A DNA stretch of 63,204 bases, counting the filler, from Folioceros fuciformis (lineage: Eukaryota), in the NCBI GenBank assembly GCA_049999805.1. It is 6 parts of 6 records of this genome, joined end to end, with 100 filler letters (N's around TTAATTAATTAA, not from the genome) between each part and the next. Parts side by side here need not be neighbours in the genome. Positions count along the whole stretch, not along the records: positions 46,905 to 60,122 come from JBNGIO010004076.1; 5 more parts are not named here. One strand, 5' to 3'. How positions within the stretch are numbered: position 1 is the stretch's first letter; each line of letters begins with the position of its first letter. Shown in pieces: positions 48,356 to 60,222 of the stretch. The notes under the pieces were generated by a model, which saw nothing but the letters and a program-made list of their open reading frames with translations, was not told the DNA's origin and did not search any database. The translations under genes and the position numbers were made by a program.

Positions 48356-50030
48356 CAGGTGGTGGATATCTTCTTGAGCGGACGGTGCGTGCTTTACAAC
48401 GTGAGGCTTCCACCCGTGTCTAACAGCAATCGGTATTAGAGGAAATGAGCAAATGATGGGGCTGTTGGCAGCACTTTGGGAGGCTTGTGGGTCAGAAGAT
48501 CCACTTGGGGATGTGCATGATGTGCACCGCAGGTCCAACACGATGCAGGACAAACATGGTCCCGTTGATCGGCGGTGATGTTTCAGCCAGACGAGGCTGG
48601 ACGCCTACGGAAGGACGTTGTGTCCCACAATTTTCTCTTGTAGTTGAATGGAGAAGGAATACGTGCTTGGAGTCGATTGTCCATGGCTCTGCAGTTGATA
48701 TGCTCCATCCGTAAGAGCTTCGACGCTGCAGCGATATGGAGGTTGGCACTTGCTCGAATACACTCATTGACGTTTACAGATGCATGGACTCCACAGGATG
48801 CACTGCTGGCAGCCCGAGTCGGCTTGATGAGGATGAAGGTCGTCACTTGCTCAAATATCTCATTCATGTTTACAGGTCCGAGAACTCTAGAGATGGTCTG
48901 CCGGCAACCCGTAGTCGGCCAAGTGTACTGTGCCGCCATGTGTGCAGTCGCAGGTAGCAGGCTCATTTTTGCTGAACGTCGATTACGCCCAGGGAGGATG
49001 GCATCTCTTGTTGCCAAGTCTGACAAGGATTCCAGTTTTCCGGCGTACATAACATGTGGACGCATGGACCATTGTCGTCCCATGAGTGAGGCTTTTTCAG
49101 CATCTCCGGACTCCTGGGGAGGGCCTTAGGTTGGTTTTTCGCCGAGGCCTGTTATCAGTTGCCGAATCGTACACGTGTACTTCTGTGTATGTAATGGAAA
49201 ATGTTGCATGCGTGTTGCGGGTTGTCCAAACGCATGGCCTTTGTCTTCACACAAACGGTGTAACGGACAGAACATGATGGGCATGGACGATTCTTGTGGT
49301 AAGGAGATGTGGTAAGTAGAACAGATCATGAGTACTACATGAAGTTGCAATAGAGTTTTTAGTGCCATCAACTTTCCTTGGAAAGTGGGCTCTCTAAGCC
49401 TATGTCTTGGCCTCTCACTTCCTTAATAGAAATGTCTGCTCATTAGGAGGGTGCTATCCTCGTTAATGGTTTCGAGGGACTCTCTTTTGTCTAAGATAAG
49501 TGCTATTATATCTCATTTTTCATCTCCTCTTATTGGGGATATAAGTACTTCTAACTTCTCTTCTTCAAAAGAACATAACAAGGTGTAATTCATTCTCCTC
49601 GAAGACTCTTCTATCCCTAAACCTATTTGAGCTGAATTGCACTCATATCCAACTTTCTAAGTAGAGACAACAGTTAATAACAGAGGCTTTACGATTGGCA
49701 AAAGACCTCATTCCCAGACAATTAGTATGGGTGATTGACTACCAACTAAATATTGGAAGAGGCAAATGGCCACAAGCAGTTCCCAGGCACTTCGTAAAGG
49801 TAGTCAAAACCTTGGTACCTGCTAAACAATGAAAGGGGTAAATGGCCACTAACAGCCTTGTTCATGCTAGTCTCCCAAGATTACGACATGTAGAGGGCCT
49901 TTGACATGCTAATGCCCTTAAAGCATTTTTAGCATGTTGTACTTAGAAGGGGGCTGGCATATCAATGCCATAGGTGGCATGCCTAGGGCACCCTAAAATG
50001 GCAAAGGGTTTTGGGCCCTAGTATAGACAT

Positions 50031-50215
50031 GCATGGGCACCCATCCCCATGCTCTGCCAAGAGCCCATGAAAGCCCATTTGAGATGCCATGGGCACCCAT
50101 CTCCGTGCCTTGGCAAGTGCCCATACAAGCTAATTTGAGATGTCATGGGCACCCATCTCCATGCCCTGGCAAGTGCCCATGCAAGCGCATATGAGATGCC
50201 ATGGGCACTCATCCT
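50031..50215. repeat. 56-bp tandem repeat, about 3.3 copies
   Basis: catgggcacccatc...gcccat...tgagatg unit at 56-bp spacing. Confidence 0.85.
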
Positions 50216-51109
50216 CATGCCTTGGACACTAGATGTGTGGTGCTGTGGAGTCCCACAAGATGTGTCATGTAGGATGCCTTGCACAAGATGGGTCTTAAAG
50301 TTTCAAGAGATGTCCTCTAAAAGAGCACCCCATCTAGGAACTAAACTAGTGCACATGCATAGTTCCCATAGGGTGCAGTAAAATTGATCTAACCATAAGG
50401 TGCTTAACTATAAAGTTTCAATGAAAACCTAACTACCAACCAAGCCATAACAACTTTAAACTACCTCTAATCCAAAAGGTATATAATGCATAGTGCAAAT
50501 TTGTTGCATGTCATGTGACTTGGCTGTTGCTATGACCCAAATGATCTCTTGCCTATGCTATAGACTTTTTCTTAGATAAGATACTAAAAGCATGCCATGG
50601 AGTGGAACATGGACATGGTAGTCAAGGTATTTAACTTTAAAATTTGTAGGTTGGTTTGTCAAGAAGTTGATAAGTTGTTGAGAGCAAAGGAGGTCGAAAG
50701 GTATAAAAACCTTGAATTGCAAGGTTTCACTCCAAACTTTTCATTCTAACTAATTTATTTTTTCCTAAAAAAATAAAAATTATCTAAAACATAATTTATA
50801 CTTACTGCACAAAACTTACTACTTATTATTACAGGGCAACTTTATACATGTTAGCCTTAGCATTTAGCGTTTGGTTGGAGCTTTAGAAATAGTGCTAGTC
50901 TCATGAACTAGTCCTATTCAGTCCATTATTTTTGAATTTTTCCTTTTCCTCAATAGTAAACAAAATTTTTCTACTTACTTTTCCACTAAAGTTTCCATGT
51001 ATAATCTAGTTGGGTGGACAAAGACTTCCAGATTAGTCTAATTATTTAATTGTAGAACGCAAGAAAGCAAGATATGCTCAGTTGAGGACAATCAAATTTT
51101 CTCATCTTA

Positions 51110-52040
51110 TCATCGACCTTTACAACTGCAAGATCCAGCTGAGAATCTATCACGCAGTATCCATCTTTTACAACAAAGCTCCTCTATTCAACTTTTGACA
51201 TGGTCTCCGTGGAGCTGTGGCAGTCACTACACATGCATACATTCGTCGTTACCTCCAGCCGTGCTCCATTCGGACTGTTCTAGATACCAAACGCCAGAGC
51301 TAGCTTTCCGGCATGCCCACAAACCACAGCTTCCTTCCCCTATTCGCACAGGCGCTTCGACACCAACTTCGTGTGGATACGTGACCTCCATCCTTCTTCA
51401 GACGTCCATTCGTGCTCTCCACTTCGAGCATAACTTCCTGCCTCGTTTCTCCGACCAGCAATTGGCGTACCTGATCACTCACCTCAAACATCACAACTGC
51501 GGGTTTCTTGTTAGCTCCTGCTGTCCTTGTCTGGTTTCTTGTGAGATCTTAACCTCTTCAGATGATCTGTGTATGAGCTGGCTGCCCTTTCGTAAGGAGC
51601 CCATGCTAACACAGACCTTCAGAAGGCAAGAAAAAGTAACGTGGTTAGCACAAATCAGCCCCTCTTGCTCCATTTGTCCATACATCATAAGTGCCTCATG
51701 TCCAAGACCTTGTTCAGCATACCCAGGCATCATGATATTCCATGTCACGACATACTTCGAGGCCATGCTATCAAACATCTTGCGTGCACCTTTCAGTTCA
51801 CAACATTCTGCATACCCAGCAGTCAGTTTGCATATTCCATGTCACCACATCCTTTCAAAAACCTGGCGTGCATCTTTCAGCGCCCCACATTTTGCATACA
51901 TATCCACCAGGCAGTCGCCAACAAACAAGTTAGTAGGAAAGTTAGTTGCAGCACGTCACGCTGCACTTTTCTGCCACACTCCACGTCGGCAGCTGTAGGC
52001 GGATGTCCACGCGTTTGCAACTGCATTTCAAGCTTGTGCG
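51110..52040 (-). pseudogene. PLS-class PPR pseudogene with a DYW:KP (GRP-type) deaminase-like domain
   Basis: PLS motifs ([52 protein letters not shown]), then AGANKKPAV..FEV...LKKDGGHV / KEAVVCGHAGKLALAFGI*NSP...NVCMCSDCHSST..MSK / RFSAGSCSCKGR*, with several stops and frameshifts. Confidence 0.85.
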
Positions 52041-52420
52041 TTTGAAGACCTGCGCGATCTCTGGTGCGTTGCGGAAGGTCAGGCAATTGCACTCACAGAT
52101 TGTTAAAAGAGACCCGCTAGATAACGATAACATACACTGGTGTGCAAATCCCTGGTGAATAGATATGTATGCAAAATGTGGTGAACTCAAAAGTCAAGAA
52201 AGATGCACGCCACGTTTTTCACAGCTTGGCCACCAAGGACGTCGTGACATAGACCGACGTGAAAGCTGTGCAGCAAATGACCAGCAAAGACTCGGACATA
52301 AGGCACTTGCTGAACAAATGGAGCAGGGGGCCTTGCTTTCCGCTGACCATCTTACTTCTGCATGTCTTCTGAGGGCCTGTGCCAACAGTCGTGCCTTAGA
52401 CAAGGCAGCTGCACTCACAC
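52040..52420 (+). pseudogene. PLS-class PPR fragments in the opposite orientation
   Basis: LKTCAISGALRKVRQLHSQIVK, DMYAKCGEL, LGHKAL, EQMEQG..L.ADHLTSACLLRACANSRALDK; frames are broken. Confidence 0.7.
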
Positions 52421-53206
52421 AGTTTGGCTGTCAAGGGGACCACGAACACACGTTGAAGCAAGAAGGAGGCCACTTACCTCCCACAAATCGCCCAAGCCAC
52501 TGCGTTAGAAGCATAAGGGACAAGCTCTTTATTGGCATCTGAGAAGCTGGCTCTGGCTGTAGTCTCCAGGAGTGACGCTCCACGACACAACTCTGGTGGT
52601 GACGAAGAATCTACGCATGTGCGGTAATCTCCTTTCCGAGATTTGTGATGTAAGAAAGAAGGAAAAAAAAACCCTTTCCTCCATAAAGTACCCTTGTATG
52701 CACATCGGTCAACAGAAAGGTGGAAGGAGGGAGAGGTGAAGACTTTTATGAGGTTCTAATCATCAAGATCATCCACCGCCGATAGCGTGACACATCGAAA
52801 GCCTGGACAATTTGTTGTCCATCTTGAGCACAGCATAACATGATCAACCTGTGAAAGTGAGACCACACTCCTCTCGTAGATGAGATACTTGATTTGCTCC
52901 AGACCATATCCCCATATGCCGCCAGCAAATGCGCTGCACATATCTGGCTCACTGCCACGAAAAGCATCGATATTGATGCAGTCAAAGAAAAATTTGATCG
53001 GCATCTTCGGGGCCGAACAGTCCTTCTAGGGCAGACTCGAGGGCCATTTCAAAGGCACGTGGCAGGAGACCCAGTTGCAGTTGGAGAAGCCGCTCGCAAG
53101 TCCCTTTCCTTTCGGCAAACCCGAATCTGAATCGTGGAATGGAATTATTGGATCTCATCCGCATCCATTCCACATACATAAGCAGCATCCACGCTCTACA
53201 ACAGCC

Positions 53207-54148
53207 ATGACCTCGAGCGCCGCATCCTCTCTCCTCACCACCGGCGCGCCCTCCACGCTCCTCTCCGATGAAAGGCTCCGAGAAGCGGAGCAGAATTTGA
53301 AGAGGGCGGACACGCTCTCCAGGCTGAGCTTCACGCGATGGTACTCGGATTGGGCCGAGGCCACGCCGCTGTACGAGGCTGCCGCTTCCGCATTCAAGCT
53401 GGCAAAGAAGGCGGAGAGAGCCAAGGAATGCTTCGAGCGTGCGTCGCTAGGGCACGAGCGGCAGGGCTCGCTCTGGCAGGCGGGCAAGCACTTGGAATCC
53501 GCGGGGTCCATGGCCAAGGAGCTGCACAGGTATCCGGAGGTTGCCGCTTTCTTCAGGAGGGCCGCCGAGTTCTATACAGCCTGCGGGAAACCCCAGCCTG
53601 CAGCGGAGGCGCTCCACAAGGGGGCCAGGGCTTTGGAGGACGGAAATGCCGATGAGGCCGTGAGGATGTATCTGGATGCTTGTGTCATTCTGGAGGACGA
53701 GGACAAGGAGCAGATGGCGTTCGAAACCTACAGATCTGCAGCCAATTTGTTTCTGAAACAGGAGAGGTACCCCGACGCCGCCGCGGTGCTCTTGCGATGG
53801 AGCCTCGGAGCGGATAAATGCCACGCCGTGCAAACGCAATGCAGAGCCTACCTCAGCGCCATCATCGTCTACCTCTACGCGGAAAATCTCAAAGATGCCG
53901 AGCAGTGCTTCAATGACAGCGTCAATATGGATGCGTTTTTGAACAGCGACTACCACAGGTGTGCCGAGGTGTTGCTTGCGGCATACAGGGAGGGTGCTCA
54001 GGAGCAGATCAAACATCTCATCAATAAGAGTAGCGTGGTTGAGCAGCTTGATCACGTCATTATCAAGATAGCCAAAAAATTGCCCAGGGGCGATTTATCT
54101 GCCTTGGTATCTATGTCGGATTACCTTGATGAACATGACCTCACTTGA
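53207..54148 (+). CDS. Gamma-soluble NSF attachment protein, intronless
   Basis: RADTLSRLSFTRWYSDW.EATPLYE.AA..F, FERAS.G.E...S.WQAGKHLESA, Y..CGKPQPAAEAL.KGARALE, AYLSAIIVYLY and C-terminal LDEHDLT match plant gamma-SNAP. Confidence 0.92.
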   Translation: MTSSAASSLLTTGAPSTLLSDERLREAEQNLKRADTLSRLSFTRWYSDWAEATPLYEAAASAFKLAKKAERAKECFERASLGHERQGSLWQAGKHLESAGSMAKELHRYPEVAAFFRRAAEFYTACGKPQPAAEALHKGARALEDGNADEAVRMYLDACVILEDEDKEQMAFETYRSAANLFLKQERYPDAAAVLLRWSLGADKCHAVQTQCRAYLSAIIVYLYAENLKDAEQCFNDSVNMDAFLNSDYHRCAEVLLAAYREGAQEQIKHLINKSSVVEQLDHVIIKIAKKLPRGDLSALVSMSDYLDEHDLT

Positions 54149-54973
54149 TTTAACTTCCTCCTTCTGGCCACGTTCCTTCCTACCACTAGCAAGCAAAGGT
54201 GAAAAGTGTCCATTCTGGGGCCCAATGAATCTGGTGAATTTTACAACACATAGTTCTTTGCAACTTATGAGCATTAAAATTTTTTAACATTCACAATTTG
54301 GGAATCTTCAGATTCTGACCTAGCCTTCACTAATCAGTTCATTCGTTCCCACTCTTTTTAATTAATTAATTAATTAATATCAGATTTAATAGAGTATTTG
54401 AAAATAAATATTATATTTTTTAACCATGGCATACCAAATTGGAGAGGGGTTTGTCATATATATCTTTCTTTTAGGAAAAGATATATTGTATGGCATACCA
54501 AACTGGAGAGAGAGTATGGTAGAAAATCTTTAATAAAGAGTGAGTCTTTCTAGTTTGAGCTTAAGGAGGAATGTTTAGCTTATGATGAAGAATATGTTTA
54601 GAAGGGGTAAGGCTTTTTGTTTTAGGTAGGTCACTAGACGTAAGCTAAGGCCTTTTGTTTTAGGTAGGATGCTGGATGAGTGATGCAGTAGGCATCACTT
54701 GTAACGGTGATGCCTACATAAGTGAGCTCCTATAGAAGAATGGTATAGTTTCCAGGAGGACACATGTTGATGCTGATCATGGTGCCATGAAGCGAGGCTT
54801 CGATAACAATGCATTTACGCGTTACGGGTCTACAATTCTTTTACCTAGTAATGATTGGTTCCTACTGAATTCTACATTCTATGTGTGGGGTTAACCTTGT
54901 GACGTTTTGTGGAGCAATACCAGGCTGCAGGTTTGGGTATGAACTTTTAGCTGTTGAAAACATTTATGCCTTA

Positions 54974-56223
54974 TGGAATACCAATGGGAACAATGGCTGG
55001 ACACTTTTTTTTTCAAATACGTACTTCATATGGGAATGCACCTCATAATCTAGTATAGATACCTTGTCATGTACACACCCATGCCATGGGGCCCACCTCA
55101 TTATAGTACATCACATTATTTTTCCTCGTTATAGTACACTTGATTATTTTTTCCTCTCTCCATATGGCTTGTGGATCAATGGACGCACATAAGGTTTTGT
55201 TTAGGGTTCCTCCTCTCTCCATATGGCTTGTGGATCGATGGGGACACATAAGGTTTTGTTTAGGGTTCCTCCACAACATGGGCATGTTTTTAAGTACGAA
55301 TTACACATAGGAAAAAACCACCGCCGTCCTTGTAATGCAAGGGTTTAGGGTTCATCGCGGGCACATCGCATCGAAGGGTGATTCGTTAGGCGTAAGACAT
55401 GACGAGGAGCCCTACACGCCTGACGAGCGTGCCATGCTATCATAGGCTGTGAAATAGCTTTGCATACAAGCCGGTGAGCGATGTGCATGGAGGCGAGAGA
55501 GGGGTGTGCATAGAGGCGAGAGAAATGTTTGCACACAAGACAGAACGGTGAACGCGAGAGAGGGGTGTGCATAGAGGCGAGAGAGAGGTGTGCACGTAAG
55601 ATAGAATGGTGAACGTTGAACAGCGAGGTTCACTGTGAACCTTGTATGTGGAGGATGGATGTTGAACCATAAACTCTAACCCTAACAAAAAGGAAAGAGA
55701 ATGACTGTGAGTAAGAGATAGATCCGTTCAGATCCGAATATGTGAGCGTTTGTCCCATGTGAGGGTTTGTCCCAATCAAGACGCCTAGATGGAGCCTTAC
55801 CGTATTGGGACGCCTAGATGGCGCCCTACGACCGAAGGGGGCAGATGTGTTACGGCCACAAGTTTGGACCGCTACGACAGAAGGAGGCAGATGTGTTACG
55901 GCCACAAGTTTGGACCGGTGCGCTATGACCGAAGGGGGTAGATGTGTTACGGCCACAAGTTTGGACCACTACGATTGAAGGAGGCAGATGTGTTACGGCC
56001 ACAAGTTTGGACCACTACGCTACGATCGAAGGGGGGCAGATGTGTTACAGCCACAAGTTCGAACCGGTACCCTACAACTGAATGGGGCAGATGTGTTACG
56101 GCCACAAGTTTGGACCGGTACCCTACAATCGAAGGAGGTAGATGTGTTACGACCACACGTTTGGACCCTATATCGCCATGCAAAACTTTGTGTGAAAGCC
56201 AAAATGATTGTATCAGTATTCCA
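54974..56223 (+). mobile_element. Non-autonomous short-TIR DNA element, copy A, flanked by TA
   Basis: TA|TGGAATACCAAT ... ATCAGTATTCCA|TA. Its length is the diverged reverse complement of 57419-58495. Confidence 0.75.
55830..56167. repeat. Internal ~46-52-bp tandem repeat, 7 copies
   Basis: gaaggrggcagatgtgttacggccacaagtttggacc core repeated. Confidence 0.9.
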
Positions 56224-56859
56224 TAGTGCCTTCGCAAGGAAATATGAATAGGTAATAGCTCAAATCTTCAACGCCATCCTCATTGTTTTGGCATCGTGCA
56301 TGCTCATGTCCTACCAAAAGAGATGATTGTTTTAGGCATGCTTGAATCTTATAGGTAGCAGAATTGAGGTGTGGGCTGAGTATCGCATGCCAAAGGGGAC
56401 GTCTACTCGCTCTCTAAGTTTTTCTAAAAACACTTATCATGTCCCTTTGACGTGTTCTAAGTATGGCATGCCAAAGGGGATGTCCACTCCCTCTCTAAGT
56501 TTTTCTAAAAGCACTTATCATGTTCCTTTGGTGTTCGTGAATTTCAGGCTTATTGCCAAAGGAGACATGTATACACATGGTGTGAAAGAAGATTGTTTGC
56601 AAGCTCATTGTGTGTGAAGCACGCATACATGCAAAAAAAAAATGCAAAACATGCCACCACTACAAGCAAATGTTTCGTATTATGAGCTATGTCATTCCTT
56701 GGGTTTAGGGTTAGGGTTTTTCTCTACCACACAAAGCACCAGCCGAACTACCAGGCAAGGATAGGCATGGGCAGGGAATCTCCTTCTAGGGCTCAATCTC
56801 ACACTCCACCTATGTCTACCCATGGATTATGGTTTTGGCCCCAATTTCAGGTGTCCGTC

Positions 56860-57135
56860 CACGTTAGGAGCTCATTCTCTAGCTTGACCCCTACGTCTAT
56901 CGCAACCACAAATAGCTTTAGCCTCCGGCTAATGTTGAGCTCATTCTCAAGCTCAGTCTCTACCTCCGTCGCGGGCACAAATCGCTCTGAGCCATTTGCC
57001 TTCCACGTTTGGGGCTCATTCTCTAGCTTGACCCCTACGTCTATCGCAACCACAAATAAATTTAGCCTCCGGTCCATGTCGAGCTCAGTCTCTACCTCCA
57101 TCGCGGGCAAAAATCGCTCTGAGCCATTCGCCTTT
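56860..57135. repeat. ~144-bp tandem duplication
   Basis: ctcattctctagcttgacccctacgtctatcgcaaccacaaata occurs at 56871 and 57015. Confidence 0.85.
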
Positions 57136-57418
57136 GCTTCACCTCATTCACCTTAAAGCTTGACCTCTCAATTAGGCAAGGCCTTGTTCTAAAAAAGTTA
57201 GATAGGAGGGGCCTCCAATGATGCACGCATGGCCTACAAACCCTAAATAGAGAACCGGCTCTAAAGATCCAACCCTATAGAAGATGAAACATGTATGAAA
57301 GTAATTGCACGTATTTGCAGAGTCACAATGACATGCTGAAAACTAAGAGGCTAGGTCATGTTCTTGAAATTATGTATGTGTGGTGTTTTGGCTAAATCTA
57401 TGTATGTGTGGTGTTTTA

Positions 57419-58495
57419 TGGAATACCGATACGGTCACGCTGGCTTTCACACAAAGTTTTGTACGGCGGTATACGGTCCAAACTTTTGGCTGTAACACCC
57501 CTTCGATCGTAGGGTGCTATCTAGGCGTCCCGATCGGCTAGAGGGCACCTGATTGGGACAAAGAGCTCCACCTAGGCGTCCTGATTGGCTAGATGGCACC
57601 CGATCGAGACAAAGGGCTCCATCTAGGCGTCCCGATCAGCTACATGGCACCCGATCGGGACAAAGGGCTCCATCTAGGCATCCCGATTGGGACAAAGGGC
57701 GTCATCTAGGCGTCTCGATCGGGACAAAGGGTGCCATCTAAGCGTCTCGATCGGGACAAAGAGCGCCATCTAGGCGTCCCGATCAGGACAAAGGGCACCA
57801 TCTAGGTGTTCCAATCGGGACAAACCCTCACACGTTCGGATTCATCTCACTCATAATCATTCATTTTCTTTTTTTTGTTAGGATTTGGGTTTGTGGTTCA
57901 ACATCCATCTTCCATATGCAAAATTCACAGCGGACCTTGCTGTTCACTATTTTGTTTTGTGTGCACCCATCTTTCTCGCCTCCACGCACACCCTTAACCG
58001 GCCTTTTGTGTGCAAGGCTATTTCCTTTTGTGTGCAAGGCTATTTCGTAGCCCATGATGCCATGGCAAGCGCGTCACGCGTATAGGGCTCTTCTCCTCTC
58101 TCTTGATGTCCTACTCCTAACTAATCACCCTTCTTCGATGCGATGTGCTCGCGACAATCCCTAAACCCTTGGAGATGCAAGGATGGCGGTGGGCGACAAT
58201 CCCTAAACCCTTGGAGATGCAAGGATGGCGGTGGTTTTTTCCTGTGTGTAACTCGTACTTAAAAACCTTTCAATGTCGTGCATGAACCCTAAAATAAACC
58301 TTATCTGTTCCCATCTGTCCACAACCTTGATGCATAGAGGAAAAAATAATAGGGTATACCATATTAAGGTAGGCCCCGTGATTGGCTATGTACAATACGG
58401 GCATCTTTACTAGATTCTGAGGTATATTTGTGTATGAAGTACAAATTTGGATAAAAAAACATGTGTGTCCAGCCACTATCCCTATCGGCATTCCA
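57419..58495 (-). mobile_element. Non-autonomous short-TIR DNA element, copy B (inverted relative to A), flanked by TA
   Basis: TA|TGGAATACCGAT ... ATCGGCATTCCA|TA. It sits inside a ~63-bp tandem array that continues on both sides. Confidence 0.75.
57510..57825. repeat. Internal 32/51-bp tandem repeat, about 8 copies
   Basis: atctaggcgtcccgatcgggacaaaggg units. Confidence 0.88.
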
Positions 58496-58504
58496 TAGTT
58501 TTGG

Positions 58505-58810
58505 CTTTGTCCCTTTGGTGTAGAGGCTAGGTCTTGTTCCTGAAATCTATGTATNNNNNNNNNNTGTCCCTTTGGTGTAGAGGCTAGGTCTTGTTCCTGA
58601 AATCTATGTATGTGTGATGTTTTGGTTGTGTCCCTTTGGTGTAGAGGCTAGGTTTTGTTCCTGAAATCTATGTATGTGTGGTGTTTGGTTGTGTCCCTTT
58701 GGTGTACAGGCTAGGTCATGTTCCTAAATTGTATGTATGTGTGGTGTTTCTAAATTCTATGTATGTGCGGTGTTTTAAAATTCTATGTATGTGTGATGTT
58801 TTGGCTGGTG
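58505..58810. repeat. ~63-bp tandem repeat
   Basis: gtccctttggtgtagaggctaggtc.tgttcctgaaatctatgtatgtgtg unit; the same motif occurs at 57345-57417. Confidence 0.85.
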
Positions 58811-58944
58811 TAGAGTCTGGTTTGGTAGGTTTGCCAAAGGGGAAATGAGAAAAACAGGCATCACAAAGGGATATTAGCGAAGATATCCTAAGAGAAACAA
58901 ATATAATAGTGAGAGTGAGAGAGTATCCTCCTTAGCATGCCATA

Positions 58945-59780
58945 GCTGAGGCCCATACATGTAGGTAGTATGCTTGAGGAGGGCCATACATGTAGGTAGT
59001 GTGCTTGAGGCACTCAAACTGAGGCCTATTCCTGTGGGTAGTGTGCTTGATGCACATGAGCTGAGGCCTATTCCTACAGTGTGCTTGAGGTGTGAACCGA
59101 GGCATATTCGTGTAGGTAGTGTGCTTGAGGTCCTAGCTGAGGTCCATTCCGTTAGGTGGCAAGAATGTAGCAGAATGTACCAAATTCCACCGTGGAATTT
59201 GCAACAACTAACTGAGGCCTATTCCTATAGTGTGCTTGAAGTGCGAGTTGAGGCATATTCGTGTAGGTAGTGTGCTTGAGGTCCTAGCTGAGGCCCATTC
59301 TATTAGGTGGCAAGAATGTAGCAGAATGTATCAAATTCCACCATGGAATTTGCAACAACTAACTTATAAGAAACCTGACTTCACTTGGTTTCTTCGATAG
59401 GTGTTTCATAAGAAACAAAACTTTGTTTGGTTTCTTCAGCAACGAGCTCATCCTAAATATGAATTTGCTATGTAAAGTGAATTGAAAGATGCTGAGGTGG
59501 CCAAGAGGTTGAGCCCAAACCCTAATGACAAGGGCCGCAATGCTAGGCATGAGGCTGAGCCTAAACCCTATTTACAATGGCTGCAACACAATGTAGAATG
59601 GTTGAGACTCGTAGCTTTGTGGCGCTGAGACTCGTAGCTCTGTGGCCTTGAGCGATGAAGCAACTATGACATACCAAAGCGGAGACTCGTAGCTCTGTGC
59701 AACTATGACATACCAAAGCGGAGACTCGTAGCTCTGTGGCCTTGAGCGATGAAGCAACTATGGCATACCAAAGCGGAGAG
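58945..59780. repeat. Clusters of short degenerate tandem repeats
   Basis: gaggccyat..gtaggtagtgtgcttgag units with a ~150-bp duplication (59098, 59250), and gagactcgtagctctgtg units at 59604-59740. Confidence 0.75.
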
Positions 59781-60166
59781 AGCAGGTCTGGTACAAAGGT
59801 TTCTTTAAAGAACATGTATGTTCGCTTTGGGTTTGGCTACGAACATTTAGCTTCTGAAATAAAAATCCACACCAGCCATTTGTGCCTTCTGTATGAGTAG
59901 GTATTAGGTTTAGAACTTCAGCACCATCCTCACTATTTTAGCACAATGCATTCTCATGGTTCCAATTTACACAGGTCATGCTAGTTTAGGGTTTATGATT
60001 GGGCCTTGGTGGTGGATGGAGGCATTGGGTTGCGACCTCGGGTTTAGGGTTCCTCTTTTTAGGTTTGGGGCTACATGGTGGATGTGTTGGGTTTCCCTCC
60101 TCTCCACTCTCAATCTCACACANNNNNNNNNNNNNNNNNNNNNNNNNNNNNNNNNNNNNNNNNNNN

Positions 60167-60178
60167 TTAATTAATTAA
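60167..60178. other. Artificial scaffold linker TTAATTAATTAA
   Basis: Spacer within an N-run. Confidence 0.95.
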
Positions 60179-60222
60179 NNNNNNNNNNNNNNNNNNNNNN
60201 NNNNNNNNNNNNNNNNNNNNNN

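Noticed and set aside
48583-49129. Overlapping ~165-aa ORFs on both strands downstream of TAF8
   Set aside because: No recognisable domain or splice structure, so a gene call cannot be supported.
51195-51998. 267-aa plus-strand ORF
   Set aside because: Antisense to the PPR-DYW pseudogene; no independent coding signal.
53447-54055. 202-aa minus-strand ORF
   Set aside because: Antisense shadow of gamma-SNAP.
54359-54378. TTAATTAATTAA-like run after gamma-SNAP as another scaffold linker
   Set aside because: Not flanked by Ns; it reads as a natural (TAAT)n microsatellite in AT-rich DNA.
55830-56167. CRISPR-like array of ~27-bp conserved repeats
   Set aside because: The intervening sequences are short and homologous to each other, there are no cas genes, and the array lies inside a TIR element in a eukaryotic genome. 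It is a minisatellite.
56700-56716. Telomere-like TTTAGGG/TTAGGG motifs, also scattered near 55200-55350 and 58160-58210
   Set aside because: Only one or two units each, mostly inside repeats; too short to call interstitial telomere.
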